Source: Octopus sinensis | Taxonomy: Eukaryota | Direction: 5' to 3' | DNA length: 64,000 nt | Assembly: GCF_006345805.1 (NCBI RefSeq) | Contig: NC_043018.1 | Location: 4,030,001-4,094,000, forward strand | Part shown: positions 26,386 to 39,390 of the stretch, piece by piece | Numbering within the stretch: the stretch's first letter is position 1 | Layout: every line of letters begins with the position of its first letter | Made by a program: the position numbers and the translations under genes | The notes under the pieces: generated by a model | The model's database searches: none | Told to the model about the DNA's origin: nothing | Seen by the model: the letters and a program-made list of their open reading frames with translations, nothing else

Positions 26386-26516
26386 TAAGGAAAAAATTTT
26401 TTAAAAATGCAGAATGCTCAAATGAAAGAAAATTTTAATAAAATGAGAAATTGATAAAATATATAAATATATATTTATTCAACCGGTTTTCGTCATTGTA
26501 TGACTTGTCAAGAATA
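26386..26516 (-). mobile_element. Solo PLE-like 3' end (pLTR remnant) with decayed hammerhead motif at 26476-26516
   Basis: Minus strand UAUUC-UUGACAA-GUCA(uacaa)UGAC-GAAAA-CCGG-UU-GAAUA followed by a ~90-nt tail ending in TA repeats; same layout as 31851-31987. Confidence 0.5.
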
Positions 26517-27418
26517 TATATGTATATATATATGTATATATGTATATATATATGTATATATGTATATATATGTGTATATATATGTATATATATGTATATA
26601 TATATGTATATATATATGTGTATATATGTATATATATATGTGTATATATGTATATATATATGTGTATATATGTATATATATATGTGTATATATGTGTATA
26701 TATATGTGTATATATGTGTATATATATGTATATATATATGTGTATATATATGTGTATATATGTGTATATATATATGTATATATATATATGTATATATATA
26801 TGTGTATATGTGTGTATATATGTATATGTGTGTATATGTGTATATATGTATATATGTGTATATATATGTATATATGTGTATATATATGTGTATATGTGTA
26901 TATATATGTATACATATGTATATATATATGTGTATATATATATATATATGTGTATATATATGTGTATATATATATGTATATATATGTATATATATATGTA
27001 TATATATGTGTATATATGTGTATATATATATGTACATATATGTGTATATATATGTATATATATATGTACATATATGTACATATATGTACTTATATGTACA
27101 TATATGTACATATATGTACATATATGTACATATATGTACATATATGTATATATATGTACATATATGTACATATATGTATATATATGTACATATATGTATA
27201 TATATGTACATATATGTATATATATGTACATATATGTATATATATGTACATATATGTATATATATGTACATATATGTATATACGTACATATATATATGTG
27301 TGTATATATATGTATATATATATATATGTATATATATATGTATATATATATGTATATATATATGTGTATATGTATATATATATATATGTATGTATATATG
27401 TATATATATATATATGTG

Positions 27419-27451
<33 letters not shown>

Positions 27452-27494
27452 GTATATATATATATGTATGTATATATGTATATATATATATATA
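26517..27494. repeat. Large imperfect TA/TG microsatellite with (TATATGTACA)n sub-block
   Basis: Directly visible; near-strict purine/pyrimidine alternation. Confidence 0.95.
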
Positions 27495-28780
27495 CGAGGG
27501 ATGTTCAATAAGTAATGTCTCTGACCCACTTGCAGTTGTTTGATCTAGCTGAAATTTTGCATGTGTAATCATTTATATCTCTATAGAGTAAGTGGCAAAT
27601 TACAGCTCTGAATTAATTGTGGTTTTTGATTTACAGGTGTTTGAACCGAGTCAAGTGTGAAATGGAGCCTGTTGAGTGTCGAGCAGTGATCCGGTTTTTG
27701 TATTTGAAAGGACGCACACCACGGGAGATTTTTGATGAAATGAAAGTAACTTATGGTGATAATGCCCCATCATATGACCTTGTAAAACGCTGGCATCGTG
27801 AATTCAAACATGGTCGGAACTCTGTAGAAACAGCTCCCAGATCTGGTCGCCCCCTTCTGCCATTGATGAGGCATCTGTCCGTCAAGTTGAGGCTGCCATT
27901 TTGGAAGATCGACGCATAATTATTCGCCAAATAGCCCATGAGGTCAAGATTAGTACCTGGTCTGTGGAAACTATCATTCATGACCATTTGCATATGCAAA
28001 AGGTGTCTGCCAGATGGATTCCCAGGTTGCTCATGCCTTTCCAGAAGCAAGAACGCGTCGAGTGCTCGATGGTGAATTTGGAGATGTGCCAAGATGAGTC
28101 AAAATTTTTCAAAAGACTGATTACACAGGATGAAACCTGGGTCCATCACGATGATCCAGAGACCAAAGCCCAGTCAATGTAGTGGAAGCACCGTGACTCA
28201 CCCCCTCCAAAGAAGGCAAGGGTGCAGCCCTCCGCTGGCAAGGTCATGCTCACAGTCTTCTGGGACCAGGACGGAGTAGTGATGACAGATTTCCTGGCAA
28301 AGGATACCGCAATTTCAGGAGCCTATTATGCTTCACTTTTGAGGAAATTAAGAGAAGTTATCAAAATCAAGAGGCGGGGCAAGATCAGCAAAGGCATCCT
28401 CCTCCTGCAGGACAACGCTCCGGTCCACAACTCGCTTGTCGCCAGATTAGAAGCACAGGCGTATGGCTATGAACTCCTCCCCATCCCCCCTACTTTCCTG
28501 ACCTTGCACCCTCTGATTTTCACCTCTCCCAATCATGAAGTTGTTTTTGAAAGGAAAGCGTTCCCAGATGATGCAGCCTTGATTTCTGAAGTCACGTTGA
28601 GGTTGGAGGACCAAGCTGGGTTCTTCTACAAAAACGGTCTCCAGAGCCGCATCAAACGATGGGAGAAATGCGTAACTCTGGGTGGTTCCTATGTAGAAAA
28701 AGACTAATAACTGTGCCAAGTTTCGTTGCTCTACTGCTATGGGAAGTGGGTCAGGGGCATTACTTATTGAACGCCCCTCG
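27495..28780 (+). mobile_element. Full-length (1286 bp) mariner DNA transposon, inactive
   Basis: TA flanks; 37-bp TIRs (cgagggatgttcaataagtaatgtctctgacccactt vs cgaggggcgttcaataagtaatgcccctgacccactt, 4 mismatches). Confidence 0.97.
27662..28707 (+). pseudogene. mariner DD34D transposase pseudogene
   Basis: HTH N-terminus, WIPRLL, QDETWVHH, QDNAPVH, HPPY(F)[10 protein letters not shown]; frameshift at ~27855, TAG at 28180-28182, further frameshifts at ~28485-28520. Confidence 0.95.
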
Positions 28781-31748
28781 TATATATATGTATATACATG
28801 TATATATATATGTATATATGTGTATATGTATATATATGTATATATATGTATATATATGTATATATGTATATATGTATATATATGTATATATGTATATATG
28901 TATATATATGTATATATGTATATATGTATATATATGTATATATGTATATATATGTATATATGTATATATATATGTATTTATATGTGTATATATATGTATT
29001 TATATGTGTATATATATGTGTATATATATGTGTATATATATGTGTATATATGTGTGTATATATGTGTGTATATATGTGTATATATATGTGTATATATATG
29101 TGTATATATATGTATATATATATGTATATATATATGTGTATATATATGTGTATATATATGTGTATATATATGTGTATATATATGTGTATATATGTATATA
29201 TATATGTGTATATATATGTGTATATATATGTGTATATATATGTGTATATATGTATATATATATGTAATATATATGTGTTATATAAATGTATATATATGTG
29301 TATATATATGTGTATAATATGTGTATATATATGTATATATATAGATGTACATATATTATGTATAACCCATGCTAGCATGGAAAGCGGACGTTAAATGATG
29401 ATGATGATGATATGTATATATATATATATGTGTATATATATGTGTATATATATGTATATATATATATGTGTATATATATATGTATATATATATGATATTA
29501 TATGTGTATATATATATGTGTATATATATGTGTATATATATGTGTGTATATATATATGTGTGTATATATGTATATGTATGTATATGGTATATATATGCAT
29601 ATGTATGTATATATATGTATGTATATGTATGTATATGTATATATATATATGTATGTATATGTATGTGTATGTGTATATGTATATATATGTATGTATATGT
29701 ATATGTATATGTATGTATATATATGTATGTATATGTATATATATGTATGTATATGTATTATATGTATGTATATGTATATTATGTATGTATATATAATGTA
29801 TGTTGATATGTATATATATGTATGTATATGTATATGTATATATATATGTATGTATGTATGTATATGTATATTATGTATGTATTATATGATATATAGTATG
29901 TATGTTAGTATATAGTATGTATGTATATGTATATATATATATATGTATGTATATGTATGTATATATATATATATGTATGTATATGTATATATATATATAT
30001 GTATATGTATATATATATATATGTATGTATATATGTATGTATATATATATATATGTATATATATGATATGTATATATATATATATATGTATGTATATGTA
30101 TATATATATATATATATGTATGTATATGTATATATATATATATATGTATATGTATATGTATATATATATATGTATATATATTATATATATATATATCTAT
30201 ATATATGTATATATGTATATATATTATATATATATATTGTATATGTATATATGTATATATATGTATTATATGTATTATCTATAGATATGTATGTATATAT
30301 GGTATATTCTATATGTATATATGTATATATGTGTTAGTATATAGTATGTATATGTATATATATATGTATGATATGATATATATATAATATATGTATGTAT
30401 ATGTATAGATATGTATGTATATGTATATATATAATATGTATGTATATGTATATATATATATGTATGTATATGTATAATATTATATGTATGTATAGTATAT
30501 ATATATATATGTATGTATTGTATATATATATATATGTGTATATGTGTATATATATAATGTATGTATGTATATATATATATGTATGTATATGTATGTATAT
30601 ATGATGATGTATATGTATATATATATATGTATGTATATGTATGTATGTATATGTGTATATGTAGTATGTATGTATATATATAGATGTATGTATATGTATA
30701 TATGTATATGTATGTATGATGATATATATATAGTATGTATATGTATATGTATGTATGTATGTATATGTATATAAGGTAGTATGTATGTATATGTATGTGT
30801 ATATGTATGTATGTATATGTAGGTATGTATGTATATGTATGTATAGTGTATGTATATAGTATGTATGTATGTATATATATGTATGTGTATATGTATATAT
30901 AGTATGTATGTATATGTATATATATGTATGTATGTATATGTATATATATGTATGTATGTATATATATGTATGTATGTATATGTATATATATGTATGTATG
31001 TATATGTATATATATATATGTATGTATATGTATATATATATATGTATGTATATGTATATATATATATATATGTATATGTATAATATATATGTATGTATAT
31101 GTATATATATATATGTATGTATATGTATATATATATATGTATGTATATGTATATATATATATATGTATGTATATGTATATGTATGTATATGTGTATATGT
31201 ATGTATATGTATATATATATATGTATGTATATGTGTATATGTATATGTATGTATGTATATGTATGTATGTATATATGTATATATATGTATGTATATGTAT
31301 ATATATGTATGTATATGTATATATATGTATGTATGTGTATGTATGTATGTATATGTATGTATGTATATGTATATATATGTATGTATGTATATGTATGTAT
31401 ATGTATATGTATGTATGTATATATATGTATGTATGTATATGTATATATATGTATGTATGTATGTATATATATGTATGTATATGTGTATATATGTATGTAT
31501 GTATATGTGTATATATGTATGTATGTATATGTGTATATATGTATGTATGTATATGTATATATATATATGTATGTATATGTATATATATATATGTATGTAT
31601 ATGTATATATATATATGTATGTATATGTATATATATATGTATGTATATGTATATATATATATGTATGTTATGTATATATATATATATATGTATGTATATG
31701 TATATATATATATGTAGTATATGTATATATATATATGTATGTATATGT

Positions 31749-31782
<34 letters not shown>

Positions 31783-31850
31783 GTATGTATATATGTATGT
31801 ATGTATATATGTATGTATGTATATGTATATATGTATGTATATGTATATAT
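28781..31850. repeat. ~3-kb imperfect TA/TG/TATG microsatellite, containing a ~50-bp RTE 3' tail at 29359-29411
   Basis: Directly visible; tail aacccatgctagcatggaaagcggacgttaaatgatgatg. Confidence 0.95.
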
Positions 31851-33766
31851 AACGGGAAGCTTTATGAAAATAGACAAAAGACGAAGGCAGGTGGAAAACA
31901 AACGAACAATTGTATTAGTATGGCGCTCAGGAAATATAAATAAAACAAGTCTTTAACGTTTCGAGCCTACGCTCTTCAACAGAAAGATACACAGAGAGAA
32001 AAAAAACAGAAAGAAGGAGAGAAAAAAAATGCGTGCAGTAGCTAACGAATCAACATGGCGATCTGATTTCGGCCAGAGGTCAAAGATCAAACAGACGCGA
32101 GAGCAAAATAAGGGGAGATAATAGGGTTGATAATATGGTTGAAGGACCAGCTAATAGTGCGTAGGAGGGGTCTGGACGTGTGTATGTATAGGGTTGGTGT
32201 ATGTATTAGTATGTATAAGGGTGTGTGTGTGTGTGTATGAGAGAGTATTAGTGCGTAGGATTGGTGTGGACGTGCGTATGTATGGGGTTGGTGTATGTAT
32301 TAGTATGTATTAGTATGTATTAGTACGTATTAGTATGTATAAGTGTGTGTGTGTGTGTGTATGAGAGAGTATAAGTGCGTATGAGGGGTCTGGACGTGTG
32401 TATGTATAGGGTTGCTGTATGTATTAGTATGGCACATCATATATGATGTGATGTGTGAAGTCGTGTGGTGTAGTGAGGAGAAGAAGGGGGGGGAGGAGGG
32501 GGGGAAGAGGAGAGGAGGGGAGAGAGAGGAGGGGGGAGAGGAGGAAGGGCGGGAGGGGGAGGAGGGGAGGAAAGAGGGAGAGGGGGAGTGAGGGAGCAGA
32601 GGGAAGGAGGGAGGGAGAAAGAGGGAAGAAGGGAAGGGGTGTAAGGGTGAAAGGATGAAGGACTGAAGAAGTAGGGGTCGGGGGGATGAAAGGATAGGTG
32701 AGGAGGGGGGAGAGGGGGGTTAGATGAGGAGGGGGGGAGAGTTGAGACCAAATGGCGTATAAGAGCGAAGAGAGAAGATTAATTCCTGTTCACGGCGCAA
32801 ACGGGAATCCGGATGGCCTCTGTGTAAGGACAAACCGAACACAGATAGGTGTTGCAAGGAGTGACCGGTGGAGCGGAAATGGCGTGAGACCGGTGTGTGT
32901 CGTTCGCAAGGTGGATGTCACGAAGGTGTTCCGCGAACCGGTCAGCCAAGCGGCGTCCCGTTTGTCCGATGTACAAGGAATTGCAGAGAGAGCAAGAGAT
33001 GCAATAGATAATACTGCTGGAGGTGCAGGTGAAGGAGTGGATGATGGGATAGGGTCGATGGTGGGTGCTAGTGAGGCGGGTGGTGTTGGAGAGGTAAGGG
33101 CAAGTGCGGCAACGTGGGCGGGAGCAGGGGAACGAGCCCGGTTGGGAGGTAGGGTCAGGGAAGGAGCTATGGACCAAAAGGTCTCGAAGGTTGTGGGCTC
33201 ATTTGAAAGAGGGGAGGGGTCGGTTAGGGAAGAGGTGTGAAGTGGACGGGTCGGACTGGAGATGACGGAAAGCTCGAAGAATGGTGCGTTGGAGACGTAG
33301 GGTCGTGGGGTGGTAAGTGAGGGGAAATGGGAGGCGGGAGACTACAGGGCGGGTTCGGGGAGAGAGAGCAGATACACGGTCCACGGACCGTGCTCTGGCA
33401 AGGGCGGTGTGGATAGTGGTGAGGGGGTATCCACGTAGGGTGAAGTGGTGAGCCATACGTTAAGACTGAGTCTCAAAGTCATGGTCGTCACTACAGAGCC
33501 TACGTAGACGGAGGAATTGGGAATAGGGGATGGAAAGCTTGGTGTGTTCTGGGTGGGAGGAAGAGAAGTTGAGGTATGAGTGTGAGTCTGTGTGTTTGTA
33601 GTGAATGGAGGTGGTAAGAGTGGAGTGAAGAATGCTAACCGAAATGTCGAGGAAGGAGACAGAGGTGTTGGAGATCGTGGAAGTGAAGTGGAGGGCTGGA
33701 TGGAAAGATTGGACGAAAGAGAGGAAGGAATCTAGATGTTCGCGGGAGAGTGAGGTGGCACCGATG
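31851..33766 (-). mobile_element. 5'-truncated Penelope-like element (RT C-terminus + GIY-YIG endonuclease + 3' pLTR)
   Basis: Minus strand: [49 protein letters not shown]; Cys linker PCSRPRCRTC; IIYCISCSLCNSLYIGQTGRRLADRFAEH (GIY-YIG). Two stops and a frameshift; both ends in TA microsatellite. Confidence 0.93.
31950..31987 (-). ncRNA. Minimal type-I hammerhead ribozyme motif (variant core CUGUUGA) in the PLE 3' end
   Basis: Minus strand UCUUU-CUGUUGA-A-GAGC(GUAG)GCUC-GAAA-CG-UU-AAAGA: 5-bp helix I, 4-bp helix II, palindromic ACGU helix III, GUU cleavage triplet (cut between 31955 and 31954). Confidence 0.72.
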
Positions 33767-34381
33767 TATATATATGTATGTATGTATATGTATGTATGTA
33801 TGTATGTATATGTATGTATGTATATGTATATGTATATGTGTATATATATGTATATGTATATATATATATGTATATATATATGTATGTATGTATATATATA
33901 TATGTATATATATATGTATGTATGTATAGGTATATATATGTATGTATGTATAGGTATATATATGTATGTATGTATATGTATATATATGTATATGTATATA
34001 TATATATGTATATATATATGTATGTATGTATAGGTATATATATGTATGTATGTATATGTATATATATGTATATGTATATATATATATGTATATGTATATA
34101 TATATGTATATGTATATATATATGTATGTATGTATAGGTATATATATGTATGTATGTATAGGTATATATATGTATGTATGTATATGTATATATATGTATG
34201 TATGTATATGTATATATATGTATGTATGTATATGTATATATATGTAATGTATGTATATGTATATATATGTATGTATGTAATGTATATATATGTATGTATG
34301 TATATGTATATATATGTATGTATGTATATGTATATATATGTATGTATGTATATATATATATATGTATATATATAATATATA
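33767..34381. repeat. TA/TATG microsatellite
   Basis: Directly visible. Confidence 0.95.
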
Positions 34382-34925
34382 TGCTCAACCACTCAAATGT
34401 GGAAGTGATATATCTCGACTTTGCAAAGGCCTTTGATAAAGTCGATCATGGAATGATATGTCACAAACTGCGTGATCTCAACATAGTTGGAAAACTGGGA
34501 GAATGGCTTCATGACTTTCTGAAAGATAGAAGTCAGGTGGTAGTAGCCAATGGGGCCACTTCCATTAACACGCAAATAGTGAGCGGTGTTCCGCAGGGAA
34601 CTGTTTTGGGACCACTACTGTTCATAATGGCCCTCTCAGACATGCCCTCAGCCACCCAGAGAGCCATGATCACAAGTTATGCAGATGATACAAAAGTTTC
34701 ACAGGCAATACAGAACCCTGAGGACACTAAATGCCTGCAATGTGAGCTGGACAAAATATACAAGTGGGCTGAAAAGAATAGCATGCAGTTCAATGCTGAA
34801 AAGTTTCAAGCTTTATGCTATCAGCATGCAAAACTAAATGCAATACCCAATGAATACACTGGACCCGGAGGAATTGCAATCCCAGAGGCACAATCAGTGC
34901 GTGACCTGGGTATTTACATGAGTGA
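34382..34925 (+). mobile_element. CR1 RT fragment, same family as 24566-26296, without the mariner insert
   Basis: [51 protein letters not shown]; about 10 substitutions versus the reverse complement of 24954-25695. Confidence 0.93.
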
Positions 34926-35483
34926 ATGCCATATTTCTGGTGAGACAGCTGCAGGGGAAATACCTAGCTAAAGATAAAACTCTGTACCTGGCTTTCGTTG
35001 ACTTGGAGAAAGCCTATGACAGGGTCCCCCGATCCCTTATCTGGTGGTCAATGAGGAAACTAGGGATAGATGAATGGTTAGTGAGAGCTGTACGAGCCAT
35101 GTACAGGGACGCTGCTAGTAAGGTGAGGGTTGGCAATGAGGACAGTGAAGAATTCCGGGTAGAGGTTGGGGTCCACCAAGGCTCAGTCCTCAGCCCCCTC
35201 CTATTTATCATAGTCCTCCAGGCAATAACAGAGGAATTCAAGACAGGATGCCCCTGGGAGCTCCTCTATGCTGATGACCTTGCTCTAATTGCTGAGTCAC
35301 TATCAGAACTGGAGGTTAGGTTTCAGATGTGGAAGCAAGGATTAGAATCGAAGGGACTTAGAGTCAACCTAGCTAAAACCAAAGTCCTAATAAGTAGGAA
35401 GGTAGATAAATCCAAAACGCCTTCAGGTAGATGGTCCTGCTCGATCTGTAGAAAAGGCGTAGGTAGGAACTCTATAAGATGCA
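34926..35483 (+). mobile_element. RTE-clade LINE RT fragment fused to the CR1 fragment
   Basis: AIFLVRQLQ..LAFVDLEKAYDRVPR..GVHQGSVLSPLLF..LLYADDLAL..GLRVNLAKTK..CSICRKGVGRNSIRC. Confidence 0.92.
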
Positions 35484-37354
35484 ATTTGTGTAATTTGAAG
35501 TTGATTATCACCTCAGTTTCAAAGATATGATATTACAATATAGCTACTTACCCATTTACACAAATTATGCAAAATTCAACTGTTTCACTGATCATTCAAA
35601 TTGTCATATTTCCTAAAATATTCATCCAAATTTCACAAATGAGGTATTAAAATATTTCTCCAAGATGTTCTCCAAGAAAAAGTACAGTAGAAATTACACT
35701 TAAATATTATCAAAAATTCATAGTGATACCTACTTGTATTGCAAGTTTGTGGGTAAAAAGCAGCCATGCTGGTGCCACATAAGTGGTACCCATGTCACTT
35801 ATGTGACATCCAGTACACTGTAAAGTGCTTGATGTTAGGGAGGGAACCAACCATAGAAATCCTCCCAATCAGACAATTGGAGCCTGGTGCACCTCTGTGG
35901 CTGGCAGCTCCTGTCAAACTGTCGAACCCATGCCAGCATAGAAAATGGATGCTAGATGACGATGATGAAACCTGGTGTATTTTGATAGAAATATGGTAAC
36001 AGAAGGGTTAAGCAGTCTGTAACTATTATTTATGTTTTCTTCATTCTTATATTTTTGCTGTCCTGGCCCTCCAGAATCCCCTCTTCCACTTCATTGCCAT
36101 ACTTCTTAGCATAGTTTCTCATTTTTACTTCCTAGGCAACAGTTTAGCTTAAGTGCTTTCCTACTGTAACTGTTATCTTGGAAGTAAAATCTTTCACTTC
36201 TATCATCATGTTTTTATTTCCATTGTTATTGTTTTGATTATACTTGTTGTACTTAGATGTCCATACTATGATAAACACTGTATACGCAATGGTAACAGAT
36301 TGTGAGCACAATTAATTGAGATGGCAGGTGCTGCATTGGAGCCACACAGTAGCAATCAGTCAGCATTATTCAACAATACCACCCTAATTTGTAGATTTTT
36401 TTTCACGGACTTAAGACATTTCTATGTAAAAATAAGATGTGTAGCAGATATGACATAAATAGACCTCCCCCCACTTACACACACGAGACTTCTGAAAAGT
36501 AACTACTTAATGTTTGAGGGTGTTGAATATAGATACTCATCTCAGGACTTCCAGTTTTAATTCTTTTATAAGCCTTTGTGTACACACACATACATATATT
36601 AAGGTGTTCCTATTTTTCCAAGTAATTGTAACAATAATGATGATTAAGTAAATAATATAACATTATGGAGTTGGACTAGTGAAAGTTCTTATAGTCCTTG
36701 GTATTTGGATATCTCAGCTTTATATAAATGACTGTGAGCCACTTTCTTTTTCTTTGGTGATGGCTGGGGGAGGGGAGGAGGTGAAGTGAGTCATGGAGTA
36801 TGTATAACAAAATTTCATTTGTATACTTTTTGTTTTATTTTTAATTCTGAGAAAGGATATAATACTATTACTAATGTTTTAAATTTTGGCACAAGACCAA
36901 CAATTTTAGGAGGTGGAGTTTACTGAACCTAGTACTTGACTGGTTCTTAATTGTCAAAATTTGAAACTATCTTATAATAGTTCTGCTTGTCATTACATTA
37001 CCTAGCCCATTGGTAACACTGTCACATGATTAGTGAAAAAGAGGAAGAAAGAAAAAAGCAGGAAAGAGGATAAGGCATAGAGTGAGGCAGAAAGAGGGAA
37101 AGAGAAAAGATGGAGAGAGAAGCATCCAAATTATGTAGTAGGGGGAACGTAATATTTATTATGTGGTTAAAAATGTTAGTTGAAGATAGTGATATAGAGG
37201 AGAGTTAGGAATATAATTTTAGCAGAGGGGTGATGTTCTGATGGTGTGATTAAAGAGAGGCAGGGAGAGAGAGAGGTGGTGGTGGTGGCAGCGATGATGG
37301 TGAGTGCATAGTGAAAAGTAATTTATTCTTTAATTGAAGTTTTTTATATCATTT

Positions 37355-37637
37355 AATCCATGCACATCCCAAACTTGTCATTCACTTTAAAAAGAAACCA
37401 GTTTCCTGTTCGCCTGTCATAAGCAATGACTATCAATAAATCACAAGGGCAGACATTTGATAAGTGGAGCTGTTCTTGCCTGAACCTGTATTTGGCCATG
37501 ATCAGCTATATGTTGCATTCTCAAAGGCTCGCAAATTATCTGATGTGAGAGTTAAAATTATCAACACTGACAAACAAGGGAAAAGAAAAGGGAGAACTTA
37601 CACAAAGAATATCTTCTGCAAAGAAATATTGGATTGA
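37355..37637 (+). pseudogene. Helitron helicase extreme C-terminus
   Basis: NLSFTLKRNQFPVRLS*AMTINKSQGQTFDK.(fs)LFLPEPVFGHDQLYVAFSKAR..TKNIFCKEILD*. Confidence 0.88.
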
Positions 37638-38984
37638 AAGGTGTATGCATATTGAAATGTGTATTGGCTCTGACCCATCGCCTTGGCTTATTAGTTACAA
37701 TGATGTGGTTTTCAGAGTATGCCATGTTGCATGAAATTTTTACCCCCATGAAATTGTAACCTCTAAATTTTACATATAAAATTATTTTTTTTTTACTATA
37801 AAACTTTTATTGTGTCTGGGGAGAGTCATTTTCTTTTTGTGCCTTATTATGTAACACACTCACCGGTAAAATTTCCACGTTTTTCTTATTTTTATTTTCC
37901 TAAAATTTTCGTTGAGTCTTGCAACCTTTTCAATAGACTTGACTCTGTCCGTTATTTACACTGTGTTCCCTTTTGTTTGTTTGTGCGCATGTGTGTGGGT
38001 GCCTATACATGCATGCATGTACGTATGTATGTGTGTGTTTGTATGTATGTATATATGTGTGTGTGTGCATCTGTATGTACGTATCCTGCATATTTATATG
38101 CTTGCATGTCCGTGTTTGTGTATTTTCTTTGTATGTGTGTGTGAGCATGTGTTTGTATATGTATGCACCTCTGTTTCCTTGTGTGTGCATGTCTGTGTGT
38201 TATGCAACTATGTACCATGTTTGTATGTATGGATGTTCATCTTTATATGTGTGGATCCGTGTCTCCATATGTGTCTGTTCATATAGTCTATATACCTATC
38301 CATCTGTATATTGATCTGTTTACTTACATATCTATATGCTTACATACAGAAAAAAAAAATGCATACACACACACCCACATACATACATACATTTATCTAC
38401 CTAACAGTCCACTAACTATTTTACTCTACCTGTGTAAACTGTAGGTATGGAGGTATGATATCAACTATGTATATTTCCTATTTAATATTGGGGAGGTTTC
38501 ATTTATAAGGACGTACTCCCGTATTTGTGAGTGTTGGGTCTTTTGGGTACTTGGATAAGATGCGGATGTCAAGTTGCCCCAAGTTACCTCCATGGTGGCC
38601 TTTGGCATGTTGGTATGGAGGACTGTTTTCTGTCGTCATATTGTCTTAGATGTTCATTTATCCATTCTGCAATGCTCCTATAAAAATTTTGGTTCCTAGA
38701 TATGAAATTGTGACCATGTAAATTTTAAAATAATTTTTTCTGTTTATGGGAAAAAATGGAAAAATATGAGTGAACACTTATTTTATAATTGCTGTGTATT
38801 AAGTCTATAAAATTGTGCATAAAGTATATAAAGTGCATTAAGTAATCATTATATTCCAGTTTCCTTCACTTTTCAATGAATGGCGCAGATGAGCGACTAT
38901 CTTTTGATACAGACACAACACAGGCTACATTTTCAGGTTTTTTGGATAAAATTTTCAGGAAAAACCCAATAGGTTTACTATTAA

Positions 38985-39013
38985 TTGCGTGAAATATTCA
39001 TGGGTCCTGCTAG
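38985..39013 (+). mobile_element. Helitron 3' terminus (hairpin + CTAG); element probably spans ~37020-39013
   Basis: cgtgaa-ata-ttcatg stem-loop, 7-nt spacer, CTAG at 39010-39013 followed by T; downstream of the same-strand helicase remnant. Confidence 0.6.
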
Positions 39014-39020
39014 TTATTAT

Positions 39021-39354
39021 TAAGGTGGTGAGCTGTTGGCAGAACTGTTAGCTTGCTAGGCAAAATGCTTTGCAGCATTTCATCCGTCATCATATTCTGC
39101 TGAGGTTCACTTTGCTTTTCATCCTTTTGGGGGTCAATAAAATAAGCACCAGTGAAGTACTGGGGTTGATATCATTGACTTCCCTCTTCCCTCCACAAGT
39201 GCCCACCTTGTGCCAAAATTTGAAACCATTATTATATTATTATCCATCCTTTTGGAGTCTATAAAATAGGTACCAGTTGAGAACTAGGGTTAATATAATC
39301 AACTAACTACGCTCCAACAAAATTTCAGATTTTGTATCTATTGTAGAAAAGGAT

Positions 39355-39390
<36 letters not shown>

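Noticed and set aside
32437-33240. Pro-rich and Gly/Arg-rich ORFs (32437-32751, 32455-32658, 32752-33240)
   Set aside because: Low-complexity purine tract or antisense frame of the Penelope ORF.
26435-34392. Many long Y/I/M/C/V/H-rich ORFs (up to 364 aa) in all frames
   Set aside because: Artefact of R/Y-alternating microsatellite, which cannot contain TAA/TAG/TGA; no coding signal.
24578-35493. 10-bp direct repeat atttgtgtaa (24578-24587, 35484-35493) bracketing the whole CR1/mariner/PLE/RTE block like a TSD
   Set aside because: The left copy lies inside CR1 coding sequence (YTNART continues beyond it), so it is probably coincidence in AT-rich DNA.
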